Assembly: GCA_963555755.3 (NCBI GenBank)
Contig: OY820905.2
Span: forward strand, 960,001-1,024,000
From: Nitrospirales bacterium
GTDB lineage: Bacteria; Nitrospirota; Nitrospiria; Nitrospirales; UBA8639
Direction of reading: 5' to 3'
Length of the DNA: 64,000 nt
The notes beneath the pieces were generated by a model. It had not been told where the DNA came from. It did not search any database and saw only the letters and a list, made by a program, of their open reading frames with translations. Shown one piece after another: positions 47,163 through 58,281 of this stretch (position 1 is the stretch's first letter; every line of letters begins with the position of its first letter). The position numbers and the translations under genes were made by a program.

Positions 47163-47631
47163 CCTATTTTTAGGGACAGTTTTTAGGGACAAGGATAAGT
47201 TAATAATTTAATTGGCAGCGAGAGGTGACCGGGGTAGAGGACGGACGATGCCCCGACAAGGACGGCTGCCCATTGTGGGCGGCTGCTCCCACGTGAGTGT
47301 TTGGGGTTAGGTTTTTCAATACGACATACTTGGTAAAGGTAGCTGGAATCTTAATCGAAGTATTTTTGCCTGGGTTCGTCCAGGCAGCCGAGGCCCTTTT
47401 GTTTCGGCAAAAGGACCCAAAACCATTTCCACCCAGGTCGGCCACATTGAATCGTGCTGGCGCAGGCAACGGAAGGGCGCCCCAACTCGCAGGCTCAGAC
47501 AAGGGCCGCCCCTGGATTTGAGCGTCAGCCGGTGGGCCAACCTGCAGGCGGGGGGGTATCGTTTTTGGCCTTTTGCCTTACATGGAGTTTCTTGGCCATG
47601 GCGTTGCTTCCTGTGAGCGTTCTTGCTTGTG

Positions 47632-49665
47632 ATAGGGGTAGGGAGGGCGCATTGAGTTGCGCTCCCCCTCCCTCCGAACCGTACGTGCAGTTCTCCCGCA
47701 TACGGCTCTCCAGTCAGTAGGTTCCTATGGAGTGGACGAAACGAATATGGGCATCATTCAGGCTCGTGAACCCATGATCCGCAAAGAAGGCGTTCGGCCA
47801 CCGTTGATTGCGTGCGAGGCGTTGTCGATTCCTTCGGTTCCTTTTCAGAAGCATCCGGCGCAACCGCCGACGGATCATTCCATCGTAGGCCTTGAAGATG
47901 TTCCAAAAACAGTGCCGAAAGTAGTTGAACCACCCTTGCGTCGAGCGAGTGAGCCGGTGGAGAATTACCGCCAGCGAGTCGCCCGATTTCTGCGGCGTCA
48001 GCTCGCGGATGCGGGCGATGAACTTTCGGTGGCTCTTCGCTCGTGGAAACCGCAGCCGGCCTCGGAACGAATAGCCCAGAAACGAAAAGCTCTTCTCCCG
48101 CGAGTCCACGATGTGTGTTTTCTCGGGATGCAGTGTCAGCCCCTTGGCCTCCACCCACCGGCGCACCTCGGCCAGCGCCGCTTCGGCTTCTTCCGGCGTG
48201 CGACACAGGATGACACAGTCATCCGCGTAGCGCACCATCTGAAATCCGAGATCGGACATCCGATGGTCCAGGGGGTTGAGATAGACATTCGACAGCATGG
48301 GAGACAGCACCGCGCCTTGCGGCACACCGGCTTCCGGCGTCCACTCCCGCAGTTCTTCCAGAATCCCCTGGTTCAGACACTTCTTCACCAGGCCCACCAC
48401 ACGGCGATCCGAGATCTTCTGTTGCACTCTGGCCACCAGTCGATCTTTCGGAATCGTCTCGTAGTACTCCTGCACATCCGCGTCGACAACATACACATAC
48501 CCGGCGTCGAGCCATTCCTCGACGCACCGCAGGGCATCATGGCACCCGCGTCCGTGGCGAAAGCCGAAGCTTCGCGCATGGAACATGGCGTCCATAATCG
48601 GCTCAAGCACGTGGACCACTGCCGTTTGCACGACGCGATCCCGCACGGTCGGAATTCCCAACGGGCGCTTCGCCGACCTGTCGGGTTTGGGAATCCACCG
48701 CCGCCGCCCCGCTGCCGGACGATAGGTTCCGTCACCCAGTTCGGCTTGCAACCGATCGAGTTCCGCCCGCTCATGCTCGGCGAACTCCGAACACGTTTGC
48801 CGGTCAACGCCCGCAGCCCCGTTCTTGCCCAGGACCTTCTTGGCCGAGCAGGACAGGTTCAGGCTGCCAGACACCTTATCCCTCAACGTGTGCCATTTGC
48901 CTCCTCTCACGTTGTCTGCCATCAGTGTCGCCACCATGCGATCTGTCCACACCGCTCGATGAGCCCACTGGTCGATCCCAGGAAGCTCCCCAGCCGGGGT
49001 AGCCGAACACGGCACTGTGACGGGGATGTCATCTCGACGCGGGGTCGAGGCTTGACGTGTCGGCGGTTGAGGCATTTCACATCTACCTTCCTGCTCCCCT
49101 TCGCGCCACCGCGTTCTGGTGCACGGCTTCCCCGCTATTATGAGAGCTCTGACTTCTGTCGAGCCGCTTCATCCAACGTCATCGGTATCGCTTCGTTCGT
49201 TCCCCTGCGGCACGCGATACGGCACCGAGGGGCCTGGGCCATTGATCACGCAGCGTCCCCCACTGCGAATGGTCACGACACGGCGTCCACGTCCTTCACC
49301 CGACAGATCTCCCTGCTTAGCTCGTTTGACCTTCCGACCATTCCATCTCCAACCACCACCTTGCCATTTCGCCACGGTCGCTTTCCCACGTTACGTCACC
49401 GCCGTGACTTGCCGCGTCTATCCCCCGGGCAGACTCTCAGGTCGAAGGGATCTGCCGTCGCGCGATCAAGGGTTCGGACATCGCTAGGAGCCTCCCCGAC
49501 AGGCTTGGCCGAATCGAGTTCACGTTCGTTACGGACTGGTCGTTCGTCTCAGATTGCTCTCCACCCTTCCTCACGGAAACGCAGTGACCACTGTCGACTT
49601 CAGGCTGGTAACGTTCGCCTGAGAGGGACTTGCACCCTCCTGATCAAACGCCTTCACAGGCGCAC
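47632..49665 (-). mobile_element. Group II intron with RT/maturase ORF 49075->47714 (no endonuclease domain; missense decay)
   Basis: 5' GTGCG; domain V GAGCCGTATGCGGGAGAACTGCACGTACGGTTC; 3' end CCCCTAT; RPLGIP, PQG.VLSP and YADD motifs. Confidence 0.93.
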
Positions 49666-49850
49666 TCGCTGCAGCATCTCATGCTGCCTCTTCCTGGCGT
49701 CAGAGCCCCTTGGTCCGTGGGAAGAGGGCACGATACGATCGTGCAGCGACACAAGCAAGAAAGCTCACAGGAAGCAACGCCATGGCCAAGAAACTCCATG
49801 TGGCCAGAATTGGATGGCGGTAGGATAGAACCATATATTCTGTATGATCC

Positions 49851-50492
49851 ATCCTTACTCGCAGAGTCGGCCAGACCATCAGAATCGGAGACGACGTGTC
49901 CATTACCGTGCTCGGCGTTAAAGGCACTCAAGTAAAGGTCGGAATCAACGCACCAAAAACTCTTCCAGTACACCGCGAGGAAATCTACAGACGGATTCAG
50001 CGGGAGTTGAGCAGAAGCGGCAGAGTCAATCCCGCAAAAGCCATCAGGGGGTTGGTCAATATGGAAGAAGATGATTTCGATGAGTTCGTAGACACGGTTC
50101 AGGAAGTGACCAACAGGGGAATATCCATAGCTTGGACACCGGCTGGAAGCGACGACGTGTCGATCCAAACTCCTGTAGACGACGATGAAGCAAAATTGAT
50201 CGAAGACATAGCGGACCAATCGCAATTTTGGTGGAGTAAGACTACCTTGATCTATTTCTGCGCTGTCAATTGTGAGGAGGCTTTAAGCCAATCCCCCTTT
50301 CGCAAAGGGGGGCAGGGGGGATTTGAAGCGGGGCCAAGTGTGCGCGACACCCACGATAGTCAGAGGGAAAATCTCCCCCAACCCCTCTTTGTCAAAGAGG
50401 GGAGTTCATCCGACTTGGCTAGCCCGCATCGGTACGGCTCATCCGCGTTAATATCCTGCTGCTTCGTCATTATCCACAACATTTGCAACTGA
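49851..50492 (+). pseudogene. csrA: csrA lacking its start codons (found at 62129-62142), with a long C-terminal extension
   Basis: [36 protein letters not shown]...VHREEIY. Confidence 0.9.
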
Positions 50493-50716
50493 TCCGACAT
50501 AGCCAGTCATATGGGCATCTCCATCATCAGTTGGGCATACTAGCCAAATCCGATTTGGAATGCTGCCGGGAGGTTGAGATAATTGTGGTGTGAAAGATGA
50601 GCGACAACATTCTTACGGAAGAGGCAATGACTGCGCTTGATCGAGCCAAACAGATCGTCGCGGATATGGAAGAAATCAGCATCCCACACTCTGTCCGGGA
50701 AGAGTGTTCTGAGTTC

Positions 50717-50970
50717 TGTAGTAGTCGCGACTTAATCTGACAGTTACCGGTTAGAGTCGAGTGACTGTCAGGTCAAGTTTAAGCGATCAACTTTTCCCTC
50801 CAGATTTGTTTGCCGTCTTCCAATGTTTCCATCGGTGTTCGACCACAACACATCTTACCCTGATGAGTTCGTTGCGTGTTGTATTTCACCAGCCACTTAA
50901 CCAAGTCAACCTGAAGCGATTCTAGATCGCCGTAGAGCTTCCTGCGGAAAGTGGCCTGGTAAAAGGTCTT
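50717..50970 (-). pseudogene. IS481-family transposase C-terminus and right end
   Basis: FYQATFRRKLY...LQ.DL..W...YN..RTHQGKMCCGRTP; terminal TGTAGT. Confidence 0.8.
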
Positions 50971-51072
50971 TTTGACGCCTTCCGTCCCTATCGGGACGGC
51001 AAAGGAGCCACCAACTTCAACTCATGTTTTTAGCAATGAATGGGACATCCCCTTCGCCTCAACCCATTCGAA

Positions 51073-51558
51073 TCACCAGCTCGAGAAACCCCGCGACTTG
51101 CACCGGTTGTTGTTGAGGCTCGTGCCGCCCGAGCTGAATTTCGCACCCTTTTTAATTCCGAATTTGTAGTATAGCCGGCTACTCTTGCGGCAGCTCTTGA
51201 TGTCGCCTCCCTGTATCTCGATCACGAGCCAGACCTCGTCTCCTTCGTTGGGCCAATCATCGTATACATCAAGCTCGCAAAGTGCCTTCTGGCCACCGTT
51301 GTACCAGTTTTTCTCTCCATCGAAGATCGCGGAGCCTATCAACTTTGCGCACTTGGCACCGTATGTCTTCACGTTGCCAGTGTTCTTGTCCTTTACTTTG
51401 ATCTTGACATGCGCTCTATAGTCACCGTTGTGCTTCCATTCCAAAACCGATACCTGGTCTGCTAGAGCGACGCTGGCGGGCACCAGCAGAATCATCGTCA
51501 CAACCAGCATCAGGCACCAGTTGACCGACCCTGTCATGCAGTTCTTGTGTGTATTCAT
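51073..51558 (-). CDS. Small secreted Cys-containing hypothetical protein
   Basis: AAGGAG RBS; signal peptide ending ALA-D; paralogous fragment at ~60880-61055. Confidence 0.75.
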   Translation of the reverse strand: MNTHKNCMTGSVNWCLMLVVTMILLVPASVALADQVSVLEWKHNGDYRAHVKIKVKDKNTGNVKTYGAKCAKLIGSAIFDGEKNWYNGGQKALCELDVYDDWPNEGDEVWLVIEIQGGDIKSCRKSSRLYYKFGIKKGAKFSSGGTSLNNNRCKSRGFSSW

Positions 51559-52095
51559 CACCTTCTCCTTAGTGAAAATGTGAGTGTGTGCTAATGTTAG
51601 TTGGAAATTGAAGTGGCTCCCCCACCTGTGGTGAGATGGCGTTCGACAAAGAATCGACATCTCGTCAACAGAACAAAGGAGCCACTTCATGAGCAGTATT
51701 GCGGAAATCAAGAGACGAAGCAAGAAGGAGTCTCTTCCAATATGAAATGATACTGAAGGGAGAGCATGATTCTACCATGAAATGATACTGAACAGGGTCC
51801 GGGTTCTGTTCATGATGAGGAATGCACATCATCATGAACGACACAACAATTCATATTGGAAGAGACTGGGATCCCTTCACTTGGCGAATGGGCATCTGTG
51901 CGGCTCACCCTGGCAGATATTCTGCGGCTTAGTCCCCTTCCCCCAAGATTTCAAATGCGAGAACCATAAATTCTGTATGATCCGTTTATTCTGAGTCTTT
52001 TGTCGAAGGGCTCAAACAGTCTTCGCCAAAGTGTCGGATTCGGTAAAACGGTGAAACCGCGTCCGATGGCGGGAAGAAAAAAACATTCCAATTTT

Positions 52096-52410
52096 TTATG
52101 CAGCTGATAGAGGCGAGATACGGTCAATCTTCTTCTTGCTGGATTTTGCCGTCTCCCAAAGATCGGTGGCGTGTTGGGCGTTCAACCAAAATTCTGGTGA
52201 ATTGCCGAACAAACGAGAAAGTCGCAACGCCATTTCTGGGCTCACTGCACGTCGTTCCCGTAACAACTCATTCACGGTTTGGCGTGACACGCCCAACGCT
52301 TGGGCAAAACTAGAAACCGTCAGCCCGTAGTCAGGCAAAAAATCCTCTCGCAACATTTCACCCGGGTGTGTCGGACGAACCTTTCGCTCTTTTCGTCTAG
52401 GAATACTCAT
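52096..52410 (-). CDS. higA: HigA antitoxin
   Basis: PTHPGEMLREDFL and MALRLSRLFG.SPEFWLN motifs. Confidence 0.93.
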   Translation of the reverse strand: MSIPRRKERKVRPTHPGEMLREDFLPDYGLTVSSFAQALGVSRQTVNELLRERRAVSPEMALRLSRLFGNSPEFWLNAQHATDLWETAKSSKKKIDRISPLSAA

Positions 52411-52423
52411 GGGAGACCTCATC

Positions 52424-52705
52424 TCAGTGATAATCTGTTAACTCGACATCATACGCATCGCCATCCACAAATCGAAAACAAATTCTCCATTGATCATTGA
52501 CCGAGACGGAATATTGCCCAACTCGATCTCGTCCTAATTTGTGAAGCCGATTACTGGGAGGCACCTTCAAATCTTCCAACCGAACAGCCAAATCAAGGTA
52601 CTCTAATTTTCGTAAGGCTCGTCTCCAAATATCTGATGGGAATGGTTTCGATTTTCCATTCGAAAACAACTCTTCTGTGGCTCTATCAGCAAAGGTGCGA
52701 ATCAC
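52424..52705 (-). CDS. higB: HigB (RelE-like) toxin
   Basis: MI.TF, L..PP.NRLHKL and S.SVNDQWRICF...DYH motifs. Confidence 0.93.
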   Translation of the reverse strand: MIRTFADRATEELFSNGKSKPFPSDIWRRALRKLEYLDLAVRLEDLKVPPSNRLHKLGRDRVGQYSVSVNDQWRICFRFVDGDAYDVELTDYH

Positions 52706-53319
52706 AGCTCAATTGTAATCTGTCACGTGACAAACGTCAATTTTGATATATTCAGGCGTCATGAACCCTGGCTCTGGGATTTTAAAGCGCTCATCCTCAA
52801 AAAGCCCGGCGGCTCAACCGCCCTTCCTACCAAGAATCCGGCGGCTTTCGCTGGTATAGTCAGCGGCAATCCCTTTCCCAACCGAGTTTGGATTTTTTTT
52901 ATATGCGAGGTTTCGCCCCCGCGCGACGAGGCACTTTTGTTTCGGCAAAAGTGCCCAAAACCATTTTTTACGCATGCGCGGCACGACGGGGAACTGGTCC
53001 ACCGCCCCGAATCAGGATGGCGCAGAAACTCGCTGCGCTCAGACAGTCTTCGCCAAAGAGGTAGGATTCGGGGCTGTGGCCCAGCCGCGCCCAACGCAGG
53101 AGACGCCGTGCTAAATGAAGCCGTGGGCATCACCAATTGAAAAGGCAACGGTTCCGGCGTATTCTTCAGAAATATGGATGGCGTGTTATCCAGACAGAAA
53201 CCCGAAGATCTTTTTCTTACGCGGATCCATCTAAACATTGTTAGGCGCTCAGATATTTGTCGGCACACTTTCTTTGCCCGGTGTACTACTAAGTTGAGAC
53301 GTAAACTCGTTAAGCAAAA

Positions 53320-53432
53320 CTGGCCGACTGACTCGGCGACCTCCGCACGAATGAAGCTCGTACGGCAAACCGCAACTGCGCCAGAGAAGAGAGTTCAAGG
53401 GGCACTTCGTGACATTGGTGTGCGCTTTAGTG
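53320..53432 (+). pseudogene. Possible Vsr-like endonuclease N-terminal fragment
   Basis: SARMKLVRQTATAPEKRVQGALRDIGVRF resembles the Vsr start (S..M..+R...T.PE..+...L...G.RF). Confidence 0.5.
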
Positions 53433-53771
53433 TTGGACTGGGGTCAGTCTTGGAACACCGGACCTTTGGAACAGGGGACGCTACCCTTTTTAGGAGTGAA
53501 AGATGCAGGGTTTCGTCCCTGCAGACGACCTCCTTTTGTTTCGGCAAAAGGAGGCAAAACCATTTTTGCCCGTGCGTGACCCCAAGGGGGTCCCTGGACC
53601 AGCACCCCGAATCAAGATGGCTCAGAAACTCGCTACGCTCAGACAGTCTTCGCCAAAGAGGTGGGATTCGGGGCACTGGCCCAGTCGCGCACGAGGGCGA
53701 TGAATTGCCAAGAACAAAATTTTAGAGAAAAAGAAACGTGGATGGGGAAGCGTCCCTTTTTGTTTTTCTTT

Positions 53772-53971
53772 GTCATTTCGACCGGAGGGAGAAATCTGTG
53801 GTTCGGCCACAATAAAAGATCCCCGCAGCAAGCTGACGGGGTATTCAGAGGAACAATATGATTTTGAAAATCCCCCTACCCCCCTTTTCCAAAGGGGGGA
53901 CCTAAGCGGGAACCCCGTAGCAAGCTACGGGGAATACAAAGTTCAAGATTTCTCGTAAGACTCGAAATGAC
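53772..53971. repeat. Nested REP-like pairs: GTCATTTCGA outer pair, CCCCG.AGCAAGCT.CGGGG hairpins, and a central CCCCCTTT..AAAGGGGG
   Basis: Concentric palindromes; related units at ~34930-35107 and ~50290-50402. Confidence 0.7.
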
Positions 53972-54102
53972 AGGGCGGATGCGTGTGGCGCGGTCCGAGA
54001 AACAAGAAACATTGGAGTTCGTCTTTGGAGTTTTTTTTCTGTGGGCACCCCCGCCTTCGGATGCGGCGGAGGAACCCCCTTGGGGCCGCATACGGGCGGA
54101 CA

Positions 54103-54762
54103 ATCGACATAGGTAGGCGGTCACCCGCTTTCCCTGTCACACCACCGTACATATGGGTCCGTATACGGCGGTTCGGTGGGTTAAGCGATTGGCCACCAGG
54201 AGAGACTTCTCTCAACTGGTCACCCCTCGCCGGGCTTTCAACTGGGCGGTTCGCCGCGAGCGATTCGACACTTCCTCGTCAGTCCTTAGGGCTTCACCCC
54301 TATCCTCTGTCGGGAAGGCCAGGGTTAACTGGTTATTCAGCCGCTTGTCGCTCGTGAGTTCCGCTGCCTACATACCACTCCGCACCATTCAGGCCTTCAT
54401 CCCTGTCGGGACTACTATGCCCTCTGCTGACTCCTCCCGCCCGCTCTGAACTGATCACTCAGTCCTCAGTCTTGCTGCCAAGACAGACGAGAGGTCTCCC
54501 GAGGTACGCTCAACCGCCTTCAGCGCACGACCGCCAGATTTACACCCCGCCCCCTTGATGGATATGGACTTTGCGAATCCATGCTCGCTCGTCCGGAACG
54601 GACTGCCTCGTATCTGGTTCTTGTCCATCGGCCCGCGCCTTTGCTCTACGCTTCCTTCAGACCCCGCCTCACGACGACGCCCTTGCGCTTCGCGATGACT
54701 TCACCTCCATCAGGTTGTCAAAGGGACTTGCACCCTCAAGCTGTTGAACATGCTCGGCACAC
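54103..54762 (-). ncRNA. ORF-less group IIC intron (660 nt)
   Basis: 5' GTGTG; class C domain V AACCGCCGTATACGGACCCATATGTACGGTGGT; 3' ATGTCGAT; no room for an RT ORF. Confidence 0.85.
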
Positions 54763-55587
54763 TGGTTTTGGACACGTTTGCCGAAACAACAGTGCCTTGT
54801 CGTGTGGGGGCGACACCCCTTAAAAACATTCGGCTCTTCAGGAAAATTTGTGGGTCGAGCACCTAACGAATCCTTTCCAAGGCACTGAAAAACCAACGAA
54901 TTTTCCCACCGGGGACCGGTTTTATTTCGATGCTCATATTCAATTGACTCATGGGGAAGTTTCGGATCAGTTGCAATTTTGGTGGAGTCGAGGCCTATGG
55001 CGATGACGGACATACTATGCGAGGGGCTCCTGTTCTGATTTAGGCGTCCAATCCCGTTCCGTTCGTGGTGAGCTTGTCGAACCATGAATGGTACACATTG
55101 AAGTTTCTGACCCTTCGACAAGCTCAGGGCGAACGGATTCTGTCAAGGAAGGTCTGACTCAAGACGCGAGTCTCACTCCACCAAAATTGCGATTGATCCG
55201 AAGTTTCCCTCAGGGTCCACAAGCCGATTAAGCCTACGGTGCAGGGGCTATGGCATGTGGCCTTGTGGGAAACCTCCTGAGTAGCGCCCTTATGGGGCGC
55301 GGCCCACCCAGACGACGGAAAGTAACTCGTGAGGCAACTGAGGAGGCACAGGAGAGAAGAAAGGCCGAGGTCTGGTGAACCTGAATCCGTCATCCCCGAC
55401 GTTGGTTATCGGGGATCTATCTTAAGAACGAACCTGGATTCCCGATAACAGACGTCGGGAATGACGCGGGGAGGTACCTAGCGCCCTTATGGCGCGCGGC
55501 GCACCCGGACGACGGAGGATAGCATGAAGTTACTTAGGAGTTACCTGAGAAGTACCCACAAATTCTTCGGAGGAGCCAAACATTCTT

Positions 55588-55887
55588 CTACGAGAGACGT
55601 GGTTTCCAGGTATCAGGGTGACGGAAAAGGTGAAGAACTGCTAGGACTGTGACTTCTTCTCCAGTGGGGTTGAAATACACACCATATGGAAATCGGTGCA
55701 GTAGCGCACGACGAACTGGATCGTCAATGGCAGGAAATTGAAGCGGCATGGTGGCGACACGCTCGAAAAGAACAGACAGTTGGTCCAAAAACTCTACGCC
55801 CAAATTGCGACGCTGTTCTTCATACCATAGCGTAGCATTCACCACATCAAGATCGGCTTCTGGATGGAACCTGAGGGGAAGAGGCAT
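55588..55887 (-). CDS. RelE/ParE-family toxin
   Basis: F.PEA..D.....WYE, LG.EF, RRALL.RFPY and VLAV.H..R.P..W motifs. Confidence 0.88.
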   Translation of the reverse strand: MPLPLRFHPEADLDVVNATLWYEEQRRNLGVEFLDQLSVLFERVATMPLQFPAIDDPVRRALLHRFPYGVYFNPTGEEVTVLAVLHLFRHPDTWKPRLS

Positions 55888-56135
55888 TAATTGGATTGAC
55901 GGGCTTGGAGCTGCTGTTCGATTTCAGCCCGCACCTCGTCCCAAGATCTCCCTGCTTCAGGATGTTGCTCGAAATCCTGCAGCCGTCGACGAATGATATC
56001 AAGGTGCCAGTCCGGCGTGGATACCGCTTCGGGCGAAGTGGCAATTTGTTCCCAGAGGCTCTGGACATATTCGATCTGCTCGGGAACGGAAAGTTGAGCA
56101 AAGCCTGGTGGAGGACTGAGAGTGCGCTTTGGCAT
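55887..56135 (-). CDS. Addiction-module antitoxin
   Basis: LS..EQI..VQ.LW..I....P.WH..II.RRL and SWDEV motifs; TAATG coupling. Confidence 0.85.
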   Translation of the reverse strand: MPKRTLSPPPGFAQLSVPEQIEYVQSLWEQIATSPEAVSTPDWHLDIIRRRLQDFEQHPEAGRSWDEVRAEIEQQLQARQSN

Positions 56136-56643
56136 TATTGTGGATGCTCCTTCAAATAAAAGACTAGTGTACCGGAGATTCCTTCTGGGTTCAATCTGAG
56201 ACAAACCCCGAACTTTTTGGGAATGTTGTCAATCTTTTGGGTGTTTTTTTGTAAGCAGGGATTCGCCCCCGCAGACGACCTCCTTTTGTTTCGGCAAAAG
56301 GAGGCAAAACCATTCTTGCCCGTGCGCGGCCCCTCCGACCTTACTCAGAAGCAAGGTCTCCGGGGTCCCTGGTCCACCACCCCGAATCAAGATGGCTCAG
56401 AAACTCGCTCCGAGGTGCAAAGCCACCTCTCCACTCAGACAGTCTTCGCCAAAGAGGTAGAATTCGGGGGGGCGGTCCAGCCGCGCCCAAGGCAGGAGAG
56501 GAAAGGGAAATGGAGACAGAAACAAATTTTATTTGGAATGATCCAAGCCATTTGAGGCTTTTGCTTTCTTTGGGCATCACCGCTTTCGGATGCGGCGGAG
56601 CCGTAGGCGGAGGGACCCTCTTGGGGCCGCATACGGGCGGAAA

Positions 56644-56805
56644 ATCGACATAGGTAGGCGGTCGCCCGCTTTCCCTGTCACACCACCGTACATACGGGTC
56701 CGTATACGGCGGTTCGGTGGGTTAAGCTATCGGCAAACAGTCAATCGTGGAATCCCGAGTGAGTCGAAGTAGGCCTTGGGTAACGCAATCGTCAGGGCGG
56801 GACTC
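56644..56805 (-). mobile_element. 3' remnant of a group IIC intron (RT C-terminus, domains V and VI), cut by IS256
   Basis: SPALTIALPKAYFDSLGIPRL*; domains V and VI nearly identical to 54103-54185. Confidence 0.88.
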
Positions 56806-58140
56806 GAGGGTGTACGATTAACTGTGTAACTGGTTATCATGACCGTTCCATTGAATAAGGAGGAATGATGACCAGAGGTAAGACCCCAAGCCAAACGGAC
56901 GTGCTGCTCGATGAATTGGTGGAGGGCTGTGAGTCGTCCGACGATCTGTTCGGGAAACATGGGCTCCTGGAACGCCTGACGAAACGCCTGGTGGAACGCG
57001 TCTTGCGGGCGGAACTCACGGAGCATTGAGGCTATGCACCGCATGCCCCGGAGGGCCGGGAATCTGGCAATGCTCGCAATGGGTGTACGCCCCAAACGGT
57101 GCAAACCGCGAGCGGAGATCTTCCGCTCCAGGTGCCTCGTGATTGCCAAGGCAGCTTTGAGCCGATGGTGGGGCCCACACGCCAGCGGCGCTTGGACGGG
57201 TTTGATGACACGGTCCTGGCCTTGTATGCCCGGGGCTTGACGACTCGGGATATTCAGGGGCATCTGGAAGAGCGCTATGACGTGGAGGTGTCGCCCACGC
57301 TCATTTCGACGATTACCGATGCGGTGGTGGAGGATGTTCGAACTTGGCAGAGTCGGCCCTTGGACGCCGTGTATCCGATCCTGTATGTCGATTGCCTGTT
57401 TGTGACATCTCGGCAAGAGGGTGTTGTCAAGAATAACGCCGTGTCGGTCGCCTTGGGAGTGAACCTGCAAGGGGAGAAAGAACTCCTGGGACTCTGGGTG
57501 AGTGAGACGGAAGGCGCCAAGTTCTGGCTGTCGGTCTTTACGGCACTCCAGGGCCGCGGGGGCGAAGATGGCTTTGTGGCCTGCGTCGATGGGCTCGCGG
57601 GGTTGCCTGCCGCCTTGGAAACGGTGTTCCCCCCCACTCAGGTGCAACTGTGCATTGGCCATAAGGTCCGTCAGTCCTTGCGGTATGTGGTGTGGAAAGA
57701 GCGGCGGGCCGTGGCGCGGGATCTACGGGCCCTCTATGGCGCCGCGACGTTGTCGGAGGCGGAAGCCGCATTCGAGCGATTTGCCCCGACGTGGGATGCG
57801 AAATATCCGACGAGCAGTGCGACGTGGCGACGGGATTGGGCGCGGCTGACCGTCTTCTTTGACTATCCCCCAGCAATCCGAACAGTCAGCTATACGACGA
57901 ATGCGATTGAGTCACTCCATTTTTCATTACGTAAAGTCCTGAAAAGTCGCGGGGCCTTTCCGACCGATGAATCAATCCTGAAAGTGTTGTATCTCGGGAG
58001 GCTGCGGATTGCCAAAAAATGGACGATGCCCATTCCGGACTGGAAGCGAGCCCTCAACCAATTCGCCATCCTTTTAGGAGATCGGGTGCCAAGACGCTAA
58101 GCAAAGAAAGAATCAGTTACACAGTTAACTGGACAGGCCC
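56806..58140 (+). mobile_element. IS256-family element; transposase is a pseudogene
   Basis: IR G.G..TGT.C..TTAACTGTGTAACTG; EGAKFWL, VDGL.G and YTTNAIES motifs; in-frame TGA near 57028. Confidence 0.92.
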
Positions 58141-58281
58141 AAAATACTCTCGTTCGAGGTTGCCCCACACGCCACGATCGCCTCGCGACCCATACTCACG
58201 TATCCCTCCATTTCCTCACCCACCCGGTTCTTCCGCCTCCCTCGCCTGAGCTTCAAACTCATTGGGTCCGGGGTCAGGTCT

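Noticed and set aside
47657..49828. 723-aa plus-strand ORF
   Set aside because: Antisense shadow of the group II intron and its RT gene.
52727..54449. Overlapping ORFs across repeat family D and the ORF-less intron
   Set aside because: They are translations of palindromic repeats with no protein motifs, apart from the possible Vsr fragment.
55282..55520. Direct repeat TAGCGCCCTTATGG.GCGCGGC.CACCC.GACGACGGA (2 copies)
   Set aside because: The repeat is real, but there are only two copies around a REP pair and I cannot support a function.
17400..56200. Integron or CALIN cassette array
   Set aside because: No integron integrase, and I found no convincing RYYYAAC...GTTRRRY attC sites after the genes.
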